DNA of 64,000 nucleotides from an uncultured delta proteobacterium (GCA_963806225.1 CAWDXG010000004.1:5248001-5312000), one strand, 5' to 3'. Shown: positions 51,103 through 61,661, counted from the first letter of the stretch. Numbers and translations are program-made. The notes: a model not told the origin generated them from the sequence alone.

Positions 51103-51750
51103 ATGCCGGGTCAACAGGACATCCTCGTCGGACTGTCGCACATCGCGAACGAGTTCCTGCCGCTCGCCGTCGCCTGGCACATCGTTGTCGCCACCGCAGT
51201 TGTGGCATTGGTGTGGGGCCGATGGCGTCCGGGCCGCCGCGTGGCAGGCGCACTGCTGGCCCTGCCTCTCGTGTCGGCGAGCGCTGCGGCGTGGATGACG
51301 GGCAATCCGTTCAACGGCGTCGTGCTGCTGGTCGTTGCGGCGGCTCTCTCTGTCGCGGCGGCGCGGCAATCCCCGAGGCCGGTCCGTCGCGGGCCGGATT
51401 GGGCCGTGGTGGCCGGCAGTGCCGCTATCGTGTTCGCCTGGGCGTATCCGCACTTCCTGTCGACGCACGGCGCCTGGGTCTACTTGCTTGCAGCGCCGCT
51501 CGGTCTCGTCCCTTGCCCGACACTCAGCGCGGTCCTGGGGTTCGGTCTGCTGGCGGCGGGTTTTGGCTCGCGCGCCTGGTCACTGACCGCGGCGCTTGCG
51601 GGCGCGTTCTATTCGCTCTTCGGGATGTTCAGGCTCGGCGTGTGGCTCGACGCCGGTCTGCTCCTGGCGTCTATCGCGATGTTCGTCTTCGTATTGCGCA
51701 GCCGACGAGAACCGGCCCCCGGTGCCAGGTCGATGGCCTCCAGCGCCTAG
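51103..51750 (+). CDS. Multi-pass membrane protein
   Basis: About seven hydrophobic segments; NPFNG, YPHFL, P.GLVPCPTL motifs. Confidence 0.75.
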   Translation: MPGQQDILVGLSHIANEFLPLAVAWHIVVATAVVALVWGRWRPGRRVAGALLALPLVSASAAAWMTGNPFNGVVLLVVAAALSVAAARQSPRPVRRGPDWAVVAGSAAIVFAWAYPHFLSTHGAWVYLLAAPLGLVPCPTLSAVLGFGLLAAGFGSRAWSLTAALAGAFYSLFGMFRLGVWLDAGLLLASIAMFVFVLRSRREPAPGARSMASSA

Positions 51751-52307
51751 CGCGTCAAGCACACGTGTGTGAGGCAGCCGCTCATCGGCCTGCAGGCGAA
51801 GCCGGCATCGCAGTCGCGGTCGCTGTTGCAGGCCTGGACGCACGCTCCATCGGTGCACTGCTCCGCCACCGCTCCTGCGCAGTCGGAGTCGGCGCTGCAG
51901 CTCCAGCGGCATTCGCTTCGCGCATCCCAGGAAGAGGACGTGACGCAAACGCTACCCGGCCTGCCGTAGGAGCAGACACTGGCGAAGCAGCCCCACACGC
52001 ACGCACCGTTGTCGCACCAGCGCGTCTCGTCGCACTCGGCTGAAGTCCGGCAGCCGTCCTCGCACGTGCCCTCGCCGAGACAGCCGCTCACGTCGCAGCT
52101 CGTGCAGTACTGCCCCTCCGGGCAGTCGCGGTGCGACGAGCAGCCCGGAACGCAGACATTGCCATGGACCCCCCGGTAGTCGCACACGTAGCCGTGCGGA
52201 CAGTCCCAGTCGCTGTAGCACTCGTCGCCGAACAGGTTGAACTCGCAGGACGCGACTACCAGGCCGGCCCAGAGTATGCCGAGCATGGCGATGGTCTTCT
52301 TGAGCAT
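51747..52307 (-). CDS. Cys-rich repeat lipoprotein
   Basis: VASC lipobox; repeated CxxxxDC modules. Confidence 0.7.
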   Translation of the reverse strand: MLKKTIAMLGILWAGLVVASCEFNLFGDECYSDWDCPHGYVCDYRGVHGNVCVPGCSSHRDCPEGQYCTSCDVSGCLGEGTCEDGCRTSAECDETRWCDNGACVWGCFASVCSYGRPGSVCVTSSSWDARSECRWSCSADSDCAGAVAEQCTDGACVQACNSDRDCDAGFACRPMSGCLTHVCLTR

Positions 52308-52429
52308 GAGCCCCCGGATCCGGCGCAAACGCCCAGATCTCCAGGGAAGAGAAGCAACTCGTGTGCCCGGCGCTCCTCATCAGCGCGAAGTGGCGCGCCC
52401 CGCAGGATCGTCGTGATATCCTGCGGTCG

Positions 52430-53203
52430 ATGCTTCGTGCCGGACTCCTCGCTCTCTCTGCCGCGATCGCCTGCGCAAGCTGTGCGGTGAGCGAAGATGT
52501 GACCACGCCGGGCTACTCGAACGCTGCGGGCGGCGGCGGAGGCATGGGCGGCGCGGCCGGGACCGCAGGGACCGCCGGAAGTCCGGGCAGCGGCGGCGGC
52601 TCGGCGACAGGCGGCAGTGCAGGTGGGCCAGGCACCGGCGGCTCGGGCACCGGTGGCTCGGGCACCGGTGGCTCCGGCACCGGCGGCTCCGGCACCGGCG
52701 GCTCCGGCACCGGCGGCTCCGGCGGCTCCGGCGGCACCGGCGGCTCCGGCACCGGCGGCTCCTCCGGTGGCGGCACCTGCCAGGGCGCACAGTGCCAACA
52801 GGCGACCGACTACGGTGCGGTGAGCGGCGACACCGGTAGCCAGTCGGTGACCGTGTCGGGCTCCCAGCCCCAGTGGGTCAAGGTGCGCGTGACCGAGGAC
52901 GATTCGGGGATCGTCGGGCACAAGCTCAAGGTAACGGCGACCCTCGACTCGCCGCCCGGCGAGAATTTCGACCTGTACGTCTACGTCAATACGTCTTCCG
53001 ACGTCAGTCTCGAGTGCAGCGCACTGGCAGGCTCATCCACGAACGCTGCGGGTGTCACGGACACCGTGTCGAAGAGCTGGGGCGAAGGCACCATCCCCAA
53101 CGGCAGCGACGACAGTCGGAACGTGTCGATCGAGGTGCGCGCAGCGGCCGGGGCGACCTGCAATTCCAGCAGCACCTGGTCGTTGACCGTGAAGGGCAAC
53201 TGA
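52430..53203 (+). CDS. Gly-linker lipoprotein with PPC-like beta-sandwich domain
   Basis: CASC leader; GGSGT repeats; SPPGENFDLYVY. Confidence 0.7.
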   Translation: MLRAGLLALSAAIACASCAVSEDVTTPGYSNAAGGGGGMGGAAGTAGTAGSPGSGGGSATGGSAGGPGTGGSGTGGSGTGGSGTGGSGTGGSGTGGSGGSGGTGGSGTGGSSGGGTCQGAQCQQATDYGAVSGDTGSQSVTVSGSQPQWVKVRVTEDDSGIVGHKLKVTATLDSPPGENFDLYVYVNTSSDVSLECSALAGSSTNAAGVTDTVSKSWGEGTIPNGSDDSRNVSIEVRAAAGATCNSSSTWSLTVKGN

Positions 53204-53226
53204 CGCCGCCGCGGAGGGGTCATCAT

Positions 53227-53850
53227 ATGCTCCGTGTCCGTACTTCGTTGGTCGCAGTCTCGCTGGCCGCTGCGACTACTCTAGACTGCGGTTCGGGCTC
53301 CTCGTCCAACACCGGACCGGGAGGTGCCGGCGCCGGAGGCATCAGCGCCGGAGGCGCCGGAGGCATCAGCGCCGGAGGCGCCGGAGGCACGGGCGGCAGC
53401 AGTACCGGCGGCACGACCGCGGGCGGTACGGGTGGCACGAGCAGCGGCGGCGCCGGCGGGGGTACATCGTGTGCCGGGCAGGAGTGCAGCGCATTTCCCA
53501 AGAATTTCGTCCGCGGCTGCACCGACGACAAGAGCTGCGTCGCCGAGCTGCACCAGATCGACTGCTGCGGAGCCATGCGTGCCATGGGCGTGAATCACAG
53601 CGAAGCCACCAAGTTCTGCACAGCGGAGTACGGCGGCTCGACGAGTTCCGGTTGTCGCGCCTCCTATGCCAGCCCTCCGGGCTGCGTCAGCAACGACATC
53701 ACGGTCGATACTGGCGACACCACCACCGATCCCAAACGCGTGGGCACACGCTGCGACAGCATCGATCCGAAGACCGGGACGGGCACCTGCACGACGTTCG
53801 TCTGCTCCGGCAAGAAGTGCCCGGTGGACAACGGAACCTGCGGCCCGTAG
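53227..53850 (+). CDS. Gly-linker, Cys-rich lipoprotein
   Basis: Leader with Cys; GGISAGGA repeats; HQIDCCG domain. Confidence 0.7.
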   Translation: MLRVRTSLVAVSLAAATTLDCGSGSSSNTGPGGAGAGGISAGGAGGISAGGAGGTGGSSTGGTTAGGTGGTSSGGAGGGTSCAGQECSAFPKNFVRGCTDDKSCVAELHQIDCCGAMRAMGVNHSEATKFCTAEYGGSTSSGCRASYASPPGCVSNDITVDTGDTTTDPKRVGTRCDSIDPKTGTGTCTTFVCSGKKCPVDNGTCGP

Positions 53851-53854
53851 CGCG

Positions 53855-54679
53855 CTAGCACGCCGGGCAGTCGCAGCGCACGCCCTTGACGCCCGAGAAA
53901 TCGTTGCAGTTGTTGTACGGCGACACGCAGACGCTGGGGCCGAGGCAGGAACAGGTGCTGTTGCCGCCGCACTGCTTGGGAACCGTGACGCAGTGCGCCC
54001 GGTTGCCGACCTGTGTCATGTACAGCGCGCAGCTCAAGCCGTTCGCATCGCAGACGCCGCAGCCGGTGACATAGGAACATTCATCCGCCGGCACGCATTC
54101 CCCCGTGTAGCAAGTGCCCTGGATCCGTGGCACCTGGCCCGAGGGGCAGGCCGGCACGGCCACTTTGCACGTGACCTTCGCGCTGTCGCAGTCGTAGCCC
54201 GCGACGCAGCGGCCGGCGACGCAGGATGCGCTCTTCACGCCCATGGCCATGCACGCGCTCTGGACGCACGTTTTCGGACAGGGTGTCGGGTGCTTCTCGC
54301 CGGGCGAGAGCCCGATGCAGGTGCAGCAATCGGACCACAGTGTGCAGTCGGCGTCCTTCGTGCACTCGGGGCTGGCGCCGCCCGAGCCGCCTGCTCCGGC
54401 ACTGCCAGCTGCACCAGCGCTGCCGGCACTGCCCGCAGTGCCGGCACTGCCCGCCGTGCCGGCACTGCCCGACATCCCGCCGGTCGCGCCGCTGCCCGCG
54501 GCGCCGCCGCCGCCCGACATCCCGCCGGTCGCGCCGCTGCCCGCGGCGCCGCTGCTGCCCGCCGAGCCGCCGGTCGCACCGCTTCCCGCACTGCCGCCTG
54601 CTCCCGTGCCCTTCTCGGCCGAGCCACCGCAGGCAGCGCCGAGGAGCGCGGCGCACACCACGAGGTAGAAACGCTTCAT
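53855..54679 (-). CDS. Gly-linker, Cys-rich lipoprotein
   Basis: GAAC lipobox; very Cys-rich C-terminal half. Confidence 0.72.
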   Translation of the reverse strand: MKRFYLVVCAALLGAACGGSAEKGTGAGGSAGSGATGGSAGSSGAAGSGATGGMSGGGGAAGSGATGGMSGSAGTAGSAGTAGSAGSAGAAGSAGAGGSGGASPECTKDADCTLWSDCCTCIGLSPGEKHPTPCPKTCVQSACMAMGVKSASCVAGRCVAGYDCDSAKVTCKVAVPACPSGQVPRIQGTCYTGECVPADECSYVTGCGVCDANGLSCALYMTQVGNRAHCVTVPKQCGGNSTCSCLGPSVCVSPYNNCNDFSGVKGVRCDCPAC

Positions 54680-54777
54680 GTCGCACCCCTTCCGTCGAAC
54701 CACCCGCGTAGTCTAGCGGCTCACGCCACGCGAAGAAAGGCGTGCCGGGGCGATAAGCCCGCCGAGCGCGCGGCGCG

Positions 54778-55713
54778 CTACAGGAACTTCGCGCCGCGCG
54801 TGATCGTCATCTTGCCGCTTCCGCTGGCGTCGAGCTTCATCTTCTTGTTCTTGACCTGACCCTTGGCCTTCACCTTGCCGGAGAGCGTCAGCTCGGTGAC
54901 CCAGCCCGTGGCAAGGTCGACCACGGCCGGACCGGTGAGGTCGAGCTTGAACGTCATGTCGCCGCTCTTCAGCTCGCCCTTCAGGGTCACGTCCAGGTCC
55001 GCCTGCTTGCGCGCGTCGCTACGGATGCCCTTGAGCACCGCGGTGACGTTCGTCTCGTTCTCCTCGATGCCGGGGAGCACTCCGATCAGCACGCGCCGCC
55101 CTTCTGCGTCCGGTTCGAGCGTGGCGCCGGTCTTCTTGCCCTGCAGCAGCTTCACCAGCGGACCCGGCGCACCGACGTAGCCGTACTCCGCCAGCACCGC
55201 GTCACGCTCCTTGTCCGGCGCGGGCTTGCCGCTACGGGTCACTACCGGCGCCCCGCCCTGGGCCTCGAGCTCGAACGTCTTGTTTTCCGTCACGCTCGGC
55301 TGTTCCAGGCCGAGCAGGGGCTTCGCGTCGCGCCGCCCGAACATGAGCTGCAACTTCGTGATGGCGTTGCCCTTCACCGCCTGGGCTTCCTCGGTGCGCT
55401 CCTCGCTGATCGACCAGCTGCCGGACTGGATGCCGGCGGAGGCCCCCTTGTGCGTGAGTGTGAGGTCGAACTTCATCTTCACGGCGCGCTTCTCCAGAGC
55501 ACGCGCGCCCACCGCCGGTTTCGGCATGGCCGCCGCGGGAGCAGCCGACCCGCCCGCTGGCGCCGCCTCGTGCGTCGTGGTCACGCTCGTCGTGTCGTCG
55601 CCGGAAGACGTCGCGTTGGTAGGGCTCCCGGGTCCGGGGCCCTGGGCCTTTTTCGATCCGCAGCCGATCGAACAGGCCGATACGAACAGAACAAGCAACG
55701 TTGAAGCTTTCAT
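54778..55713 (-). CDS. Hypothetical lipoprotein
   Basis: Signal peptide with Cys; beta-rich, Lys-rich body. Confidence 0.7.
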   Translation of the reverse strand: MKASTLLVLFVSACSIGCGSKKAQGPGPGSPTNATSSGDDTTSVTTTHEAAPAGGSAAPAAAMPKPAVGARALEKRAVKMKFDLTLTHKGASAGIQSGSWSISEERTEEAQAVKGNAITKLQLMFGRRDAKPLLGLEQPSVTENKTFELEAQGGAPVVTRSGKPAPDKERDAVLAEYGYVGAPGPLVKLLQGKKTGATLEPDAEGRRVLIGVLPGIEENETNVTAVLKGIRSDARKQADLDVTLKGELKSGDMTFKLDLTGPAVVDLATGWVTELTLSGKVKAKGQVKNKKMKLDASGSGKMTITRGAKFL

Positions 55714-55743
55714 GGGGTCACCTCGTCCAGGGCGCGGAGTCTA

Positions 55744-56712
55744 TCACCGGGGCGAAGCGGTGGCGCCAGTTCGGCCGATCAAGACCCGTCTTTCGCCGAT
55801 ACGGAGGATGTCCACCCGGCCTCCGGTCATGCCGCGCGCGTGCATGGCCGCATGGAGCTCGCGGAGCGGCTGGCCGGGCTTGTCCAGGCCGTTGACGAAC
55901 GTGGCGTAGTGGATGGGGATCATCCAGCGGGCCCCGAGGTCGAGATAGGCCTGTAGCGCCTGGGCGGGATCGAGGTGCGAGCGCCGCATGAACGCCCGCG
56001 GTTCGATCGGCGCGATGGGCAACAGGGCGAGGTCCAGATGCGGGAACAGCCGGCGGGTCTCCGCGAAATCAAGGGGCGCGTAGGCAGTATCGCCAGGAAA
56101 GTACACGCTCACGCCGCGGTACTGGATGACGTAGCCCGTGAAGCTCGTCGTCATCCACGCCGCGTCCGCTCCGTAGCGGAAGCCGTTGTGCTTCACCGGC
56201 ACGGCGGTGATGCGGAGACCGGCGTGCTCCCAGGTGTGCCAGCGGCGGAGCTCCCTTGCGCGGAAGGGAAAGTCCGTGAGGTACACGAGCCCGCCCTCGG
56301 GCATCAACAGCTCGCCCACCTTGTGCTCGATGAGCTCGAGCGAGCCCAGCGACAGGTGATCGAAATGCAGGTGCGAGATCAGCACGGCGTCGAGGTGTGG
56401 CAGGTCGTCCGGTTGAAGGCCGGGTTCGACGAGCCGCGCCGAGAGCTGTCCCACGCTCGAGGTGAAGACCGGATCGGTCAGGATGAAGCGATCGCCCAGC
56501 TGGATCAGGACCGTTGCGTGTCCGACCCAGATCACCGACAGCCGCGCTCCCGGCACGGCGGGATGGGTGATCCGGTCCAGAACGCGCGCCGGCGTGCGGA
56601 ATAGCGGCGTGAAGAAGTCGCTGCCGCTGACGCAGCCGGCGAGCACCACCAACGAGAGCGCGAGCCATACGCCCGGGCCGCGGCGACCGGCGGACAACGT
56701 GCGAGCCGGCAT
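55744..56712 (-). CDS. MBL-fold metallo-hydrolase (NAPE-PLD/RomA-like) lipoprotein
   Basis: WVGHAT, TDPVF, SHLHFDHL, GDT, IPIHYATF. Confidence 0.88.
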   Translation of the reverse strand: MPARTLSAGRRGPGVWLALSLVVLAGCVSGSDFFTPLFRTPARVLDRITHPAVPGARLSVIWVGHATVLIQLGDRFILTDPVFTSSVGQLSARLVEPGLQPDDLPHLDAVLISHLHFDHLSLGSLELIEHKVGELLMPEGGLVYLTDFPFRARELRRWHTWEHAGLRITAVPVKHNGFRYGADAAWMTTSFTGYVIQYRGVSVYFPGDTAYAPLDFAETRRLFPHLDLALLPIAPIEPRAFMRRSHLDPAQALQAYLDLGARWMIPIHYATFVNGLDKPGQPLRELHAAMHARGMTGGRVDILRIGERRVLIGRTGATASPR

Positions 56713-57293
56713 CAGAAGTACCTGAACCTGAGCGTGCCGATCCACGCGGCGCGCTCGAAGCCGGGGGCGTAGTCGACCTGCAGACCGAGCACGCCGAACA
56801 GAGCGTAGACGCCGACCTCGTAGGCGACGCCGTCCTGACCTCCGATGCGGAACCACGAGCTGCCCATCGATACGGACAGGTAGTCGCCGTGCTGCACGAT
56901 CGGGAAGTAGCTGCGGACCCCTGCACGCAGCATCATGCGGTCGCGGAAGCGCGGCGCGATCGCCAGGTACTCCGGCGAGACGTAGAGCTCGATTGATCCG
57001 CTCTGGCGCACGATCGGTTCCACGACCAAGAAGCGCCACGGGTTCACTCCGGGATAGAGGCCGAACGAGTAGAGAAGCGGTGTCACCTGCCAGCGCATGC
57101 CGAAGTGCGCACCGGCCTCGCCGAGCGACAGCTCCGGACTCGGGACGAGCTGCGTCGCCAGCCACGGCCAGGTGACGTGCGGCCCCGGCGTGGTGCGCTC
57201 GTCGGCTCCAGCAGAAGCCGGGAACGCGATCGCGAGCAGCGCGCCGAGACACGCTGCTCGCGATATTCGTTCCTTGCGCACGCCGCCGGTCAT
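56712..57293 (-). CDS. Secreted/outer-membrane hypothetical protein
   Basis: Signal peptide; amphipathic strands; ends FRYF; stop overlaps the downstream start. Confidence 0.65.
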   Translation of the reverse strand: MTGGVRKERISRAACLGALLAIAFPASAGADERTTPGPHVTWPWLATQLVPSPELSLGEAGAHFGMRWQVTPLLYSFGLYPGVNPWRFLVVEPIVRQSGSIELYVSPEYLAIAPRFRDRMMLRAGVRSYFPIVQHGDYLSVSMGSSWFRIGGQDGVAYEVGVYALFGVLGLQVDYAPGFERAAWIGTLRFRYF

Positions 57294-57341
57294 GTACCGG
57301 CACGAACATGGCGCCGGTTGGCTGCCGTGACCAGCGGGAGT

Positions 57342-58883
57342 TCAGCAGTCGTGATAGTCGCAGGTCTTCACCGGCGTGCCGTGCGGGTCCTGGAAGTGGA
57401 TCGTCAGACTGCAGCTGATGCCGTCGAGCGACAGGCAGTAGTCCTCGCGGGTGTAGGCCGTGCCGCCGACCTGCACGGCGGGCTGGCGGATGCGCAGGAT
57501 GAGCGTCTTCTCGTCAGGCAGGAGCCCGATGTCGCGCAGCAGCCTGCCCATGTCGGTGGTCTTCTTCGCGGCAACATCGATCCTGAACAGATCGCCGCCG
57601 AGGCCGTCGCTGCGGATCTCGAGCGTGAAGACCTGCCCGTCCGCGGTCTGTACGAAGCGGTCGAGGGAGGCCGCCGGGCCCGAGAACGGCGTGAACGTGC
57701 GCGCGTCGAGGTCGAAGTAGCCGAACGGCGCCGTTTCCTTGAACACGCCGATCTCCGCGCTGCCGCTCACCGTCAGACCGTTCTTGTCGATCGATACGGT
57801 CGCCTTGGCGTCGGCCTTGGCCGAGTAGCGCTGGTACATCACCGACGAGTCGACCAGCATGCCCTTGCCGTCTGGTGTCATGGCGAAGCGCGGCAGGGCC
57901 TTGCCGATCGGATCCAGAGTGAAGGACAACGAGCCGGGATCGATCACCATGAGCTGGTAGCGATCGGCGCCGGCACCGGGCACCTGGGCCGGATCCTCGA
58001 ACATGGATGGATCCATGCGCTGCGTGTCTAGATAGGCGACGGCCTGGCTGCCGTCGGGCGACAGCGCGACGGGCCCGAAACCGGGCAGGTTCTTGACGAA
58101 GCCGAGTGAGCTCTCGTCGATGTCGATGACGCTCACTGGATCGGGGTTGGTCCACTGGGCGTTCGGGTTGGAGCTCTTGTCTTCTTCACAGAACGTGGGC
58201 GACAGCAGCGCGCGGCTCTCGTCGGGCAGCGCCACGAACTTCGACTCGCAGTTCGGGATCCGGATCATCGAGCTGGCGAGGCTGTCGAGCTTCACCATCA
58301 CCAGCGCGGTGCTGGGCTTGTGATCCGTCCACGTGGTGGCGCCCACGACCACTGCGGCGTGGCGCAGCGGCAGGAACGTCGCTTCGGTCACGCCGCCGTC
58401 CACGTGCGCGTTGCCGCGTTCGACTCCGGTGCCCGTATCGAGGATGTGGAGCGTGGAGCCTTCGCCGAGCAGGATCGCGTGCTCGGAATCGCGTGCGCGC
58501 AGCAGCGAGACGCTCCCCGCGGGCGCGGGGTAGCTCCAGAGCTCCGCGCCGGTGTCCAGGTCGAGCGCGGACAGGGCGCCGTCCTGCGCAAGTGCGTAGC
58601 CGACGGCCCGTGTTTTCGAGAACACGAAGCGCCGCGGCTGGAACGGCAGCTCCAGCGTCGTCTGCTTCTGGAAGTCGACCATCACCGCGGTCGTGTTGCG
58701 CACCATCAGCGCGCGACGACCGTCGGGCGAGACCTCCATGATACCCGTCTGCAGCAGTTCACCTTCCCCGCCGCCGTTGCTGCGGTCATTGGCGTTGGCG
58801 CCGCCTTCCTGCGTCTTCGCGGGAAGAGCGCAGGCGGTGGCAAGCAGCAGTGTCGAAAGCAACCCGAGCTTGAAGTGTTTCAT
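57342..58883 (-). CDS. Beta-propeller (PQQ/YncE-like) lipoprotein
   Basis: ATAC lipobox; SPDG/TPDG repeats, ALDLDTGAELW. Confidence 0.75.
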   Translation of the reverse strand: MKHFKLGLLSTLLLATACALPAKTQEGGANANDRSNGGGEGELLQTGIMEVSPDGRRALMVRNTTAVMVDFQKQTTLELPFQPRRFVFSKTRAVGYALAQDGALSALDLDTGAELWSYPAPAGSVSLLRARDSEHAILLGEGSTLHILDTGTGVERGNAHVDGGVTEATFLPLRHAAVVVGATTWTDHKPSTALVMVKLDSLASSMIRIPNCESKFVALPDESRALLSPTFCEEDKSSNPNAQWTNPDPVSVIDIDESSLGFVKNLPGFGPVALSPDGSQAVAYLDTQRMDPSMFEDPAQVPGAGADRYQLMVIDPGSLSFTLDPIGKALPRFAMTPDGKGMLVDSSVMYQRYSAKADAKATVSIDKNGLTVSGSAEIGVFKETAPFGYFDLDARTFTPFSGPAASLDRFVQTADGQVFTLEIRSDGLGGDLFRIDVAAKKTTDMGRLLRDIGLLPDEKTLILRIRQPAVQVGGTAYTREDYCLSLDGISCSLTIHFQDPHGTPVKTCDYHDC

Positions 58884-59074
58884 GCGCGGAGAGCACTGCA
58901 GTGGCTGTGCCGATCCACCGCTGTCGACATTTTCCGTCGAAGCCGTGATCCGGTGCCTCGCGTCGTGAACGCGCGGACACGGACCACGACATCGGCGATC
59001 AGGGTCGCGTCGTCCGCCGACTTCCACCACCGACATCAACCGACATCGACGTGGACACTCGCATTGCGCTGCCC

Positions 59075-59101
59075 GCCGACTTGACGTACGGTCAAGTCGG
59101 C
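59075..59101. promoter_or_regulatory. Palindromic operator in a divergent promoter
   Basis: GCCGACTTGAC-GTACG-GTCAAGTCGGC, a perfect 11-bp inverted repeat about 30 nt before ATG 59132. Confidence 0.65.
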
Positions 59102-59131
59102 CCAATGGCCGATGATGCTTGGGAGGCGACC

Positions 59132-60384
59132 ATGAAACTGAAGACGCTTGTCGGGAGCTTTGCAGCTGTGACCGCGATGGCGGCGTGCTCGGCCGCCGGC
59201 GGAAAGAGCACCTTCCACGGATCGACCGGAGGCAGTGGAGGCAGCGGTGGCGGGACCGGCGGAACAGGGACCGGCGCCACCGGGGGAGGCGGCAGCGGCG
59301 GCAGCGGCGGTCAGATCATAGTGGGAGGCAGCGGAGGCGGCAGCGGTTCGGGCGGCGACGCCGGCGTCTGCAAGTCCGTGCCCGAGGAAACCAAGCCGGC
59401 GGGGCTGCAGCCGGCCGACATCATCTGGGCCATCGACACCTCCTGCAGCATGACCGAGGAGGTGCCGTCGGTTCAGGACAACATGAACGCCTTCTCGCAG
59501 CAGATCATCCAGTCGGGCATCGACGTGCACGTGATCCTGATCGCGGCGTACCCGAACGGTCTTCTGAGCGGGGGGCTCGGCATCTGCATGCAGCCGCCGC
59601 TCGGCAAGGCCGGAGGCTGCCCGTCGACCACGCCGGGCTCGGACAACAACCTGCCCACCTTCTTCCACGATCACAATCCGCCGCTCGGTGTGCAGTCCAC
59701 CAACGGCCTGAACGCCATCATCAAGTCGTTCAAGAACTACGATCCGCTGCTGCGCGCGGGGGCGTCGCATTGGGTTGTGGGCGTGACCGACGACGACGCC
59801 AGCGACCCGCCGTACGGCGGCCTGAGTCGCGATCCGCCGGCGCCGACAAGTTCATCGCCGACTACAAGGCGCTGTCGCCGAAGCTGGCGGACTTCAAGAT
59901 GAGCGGCATCACTGCGCTCAGCAAGTGCGCGAACGCCGCCAGCATCGGCGCGCACTGGCAGTACGTCATCCAGAAGACGGGCGGCCTCTCGGCGGATATC
60001 TGCAAATGCGCGCCGGGGCAGACGCAGCAGTGCTCTCAGGCCTTCCAGACCATCTTCACGCAGCTGGCGCAGAAGATCATCCAGGCGTCCAAGCCGCTCG
60101 ACTGCCAGTGGCCGATCCCCGCACCTCCGCCGGGCCAGTCTCTCGAGCCGGGCAAGGTCAACGTCCAGTTCACCGACAACAGCACCGGCAAGACGACGAT
60201 GCTGTATCACGTGCAGGACAAGGCCCACTGCGATCCGCAGAAGGGCGGCTGGTACTACGACAGCGACCTGAACCCGACGCAGGTCATCTCGTGTCCGGCG
60301 TCCTGCACCACGATCAAGGCGGCGACGGACGCCAAGGTCGACGTGCTGTTCGGCTGCAAGACACAAGCGCCGCCCGTGCAGTAG
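59132..60384 (+). CDS. vWA-domain lipoprotein with Cys-rich C-terminal module (frameshift near 59835)
   Basis: MIDAS-like DTSCSM and VTDD; C-terminal KVNV...GGWYYD...CPASC...VLFGC. Confidence 0.8.
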
Positions 60385-60406
60385 CGCGGGCGGGGCGCTC
60401 CACGTT

Positions 60407-60793
60407 CTACTTCGCCTCGTCGCAGTGCCAGCGGACGTTGTCGATGTTCCAGCCCTGCTTGCACTCCTCGGCGCTGGCGGACACGGAGTGCGCCCCGTTC
60501 TCCTCCAGGCGGAAGTGCGAGGAGTAGCCCTTGGTGCTTGTGACCTTGCCGTGGTTGTCCTCGCAGCTCACGGTCCAGCTCAGCGTGCAGGCGAGCTTGC
60601 GCTCGCAGCTGTTGTCTACGCCGTAGTCGAGCCCCTTTTCGCTCTCGGTGCGGTCGAAGCGGATGCAGCTATCCGCCGATTCCTTCGCCTGTGCGGTGCG
60701 CACCGAAAGCAGGCCGCTCCGGCCGCCCGAAAGCCCGTTCAGCATCCCGAACGCACCCACTGCATACACGAAAGTCCTGGCAAAGCGGCGCAT
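60407..60793 (-). CDS. Small secreted Cys-containing protein
   Basis: GGAGG RBS; signal peptide; six Cys. Confidence 0.65.
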   Translation of the reverse strand: MRRFARTFVYAVGAFGMLNGLSGGRSGLLSVRTAQAKESADSCIRFDRTESEKGLDYGVDNSCERKLACTLSWTVSCEDNHGKVTSTKGYSSHFRLEENGAHSVSASAEECKQGWNIDNVRWHCDEAK

Positions 60794-60968
60794 GGCATCA
60801 CCTCCATCTGGGGCCGCGCACACGCCGGTTCCGGCCCCCGCTGGTGGGAGCCGCTCGGCCCGGTTTTCGCGGGCGGCATGGTGTAGGACAGCGCCTGGGC
60901 GGTGCGGTTCCCGGAAAATGCCGCTCCCTGGAAGGCGTGGGGCCGCCGCGCTCCCGCCGGGGCTGTCC

Positions 60969-61556
60969 CTAGTGCCCGTGCATCTCCGACATGGGCGATG
61001 CCTGTCCGGTCAATTTCGCCCAGGTGGCCTCGTCGACGACCTGTTGCTTGTACGTCTTGTGGCAGTCCGTGCAGGTCTCGAGCGTGCTGGAGAGCGCCGT
61101 CATCACGCCGGCCAGGTCCTGCTTCTTCGCCGCCGCGCCGATGCCGTCGGCGGTGTGGTGGAACTTCAGCGCCGCCTCGGTAAAGCCCTTCGCGCCGGCT
61201 CCCATGTGCTTGCACATCATGCCCATCTGCTCGGAGTAGCCGATGCGGCTCGCGGCCTTCTCGACGCCGGCGAAGTCCTTCTTGCCAGCCGCTGCGATGA
61301 TCTCCTGCACGGCGAGCAGATGGTCGCGCATCTCCTGCTTCTGGTGGGCCGCCATCATCGGCACAAGGGGCACCGGCTTGCGCTGATCCATCGAGTCGAG
61401 CATGGCCTGCGTCGCGGAGGGCGCGGACATGTGCGCCGATGCCAAGGGGTGCTCGGCCGACGCCGCGGGCGCAGGCGCGGGCGCGGGCGCGGGGCTCTTG
61501 TTGCACGACGGGGCCAGGATCAGCACGGCGAAAACGGAAAGGCTGCGCGGGATCAT
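60969..61556 (-). CDS. Class II (cytochrome c'-like) c-type cytochrome lipoprotein
   Basis: Helical protein with C-terminal CTDCH..YK. Confidence 0.8.
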   Translation of the reverse strand: MIPRSLSVFAVLILAPSCNKSPAPAPAPAPAASAEHPLASAHMSAPSATQAMLDSMDQRKPVPLVPMMAAHQKQEMRDHLLAVQEIIAAAGKKDFAGVEKAASRIGYSEQMGMMCKHMGAGAKGFTEAALKFHHTADGIGAAAKKQDLAGVMTALSSTLETCTDCHKTYKQQVVDEATWAKLTGQASPMSEMHGH

Positions 61557-61661
61557 GTGCGTAGTTTCCCCGCAAGCAGCCGCGAGGCAAGCGCACAACT
61601 TGCGTGCCGTGGACAGGGGGTCGGGTGATCGGCGAGACTGCGTTTCGCATCGGAACGAGCC

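Noticed and set aside
59132..60384. vWA lipoprotein as a partner of the Hedgehog-domain protein (Hedgling-like Hedge + vWA)
   Set aside because: It is 27 kb away and belongs to a common myxobacterial vWA type; nothing links the two
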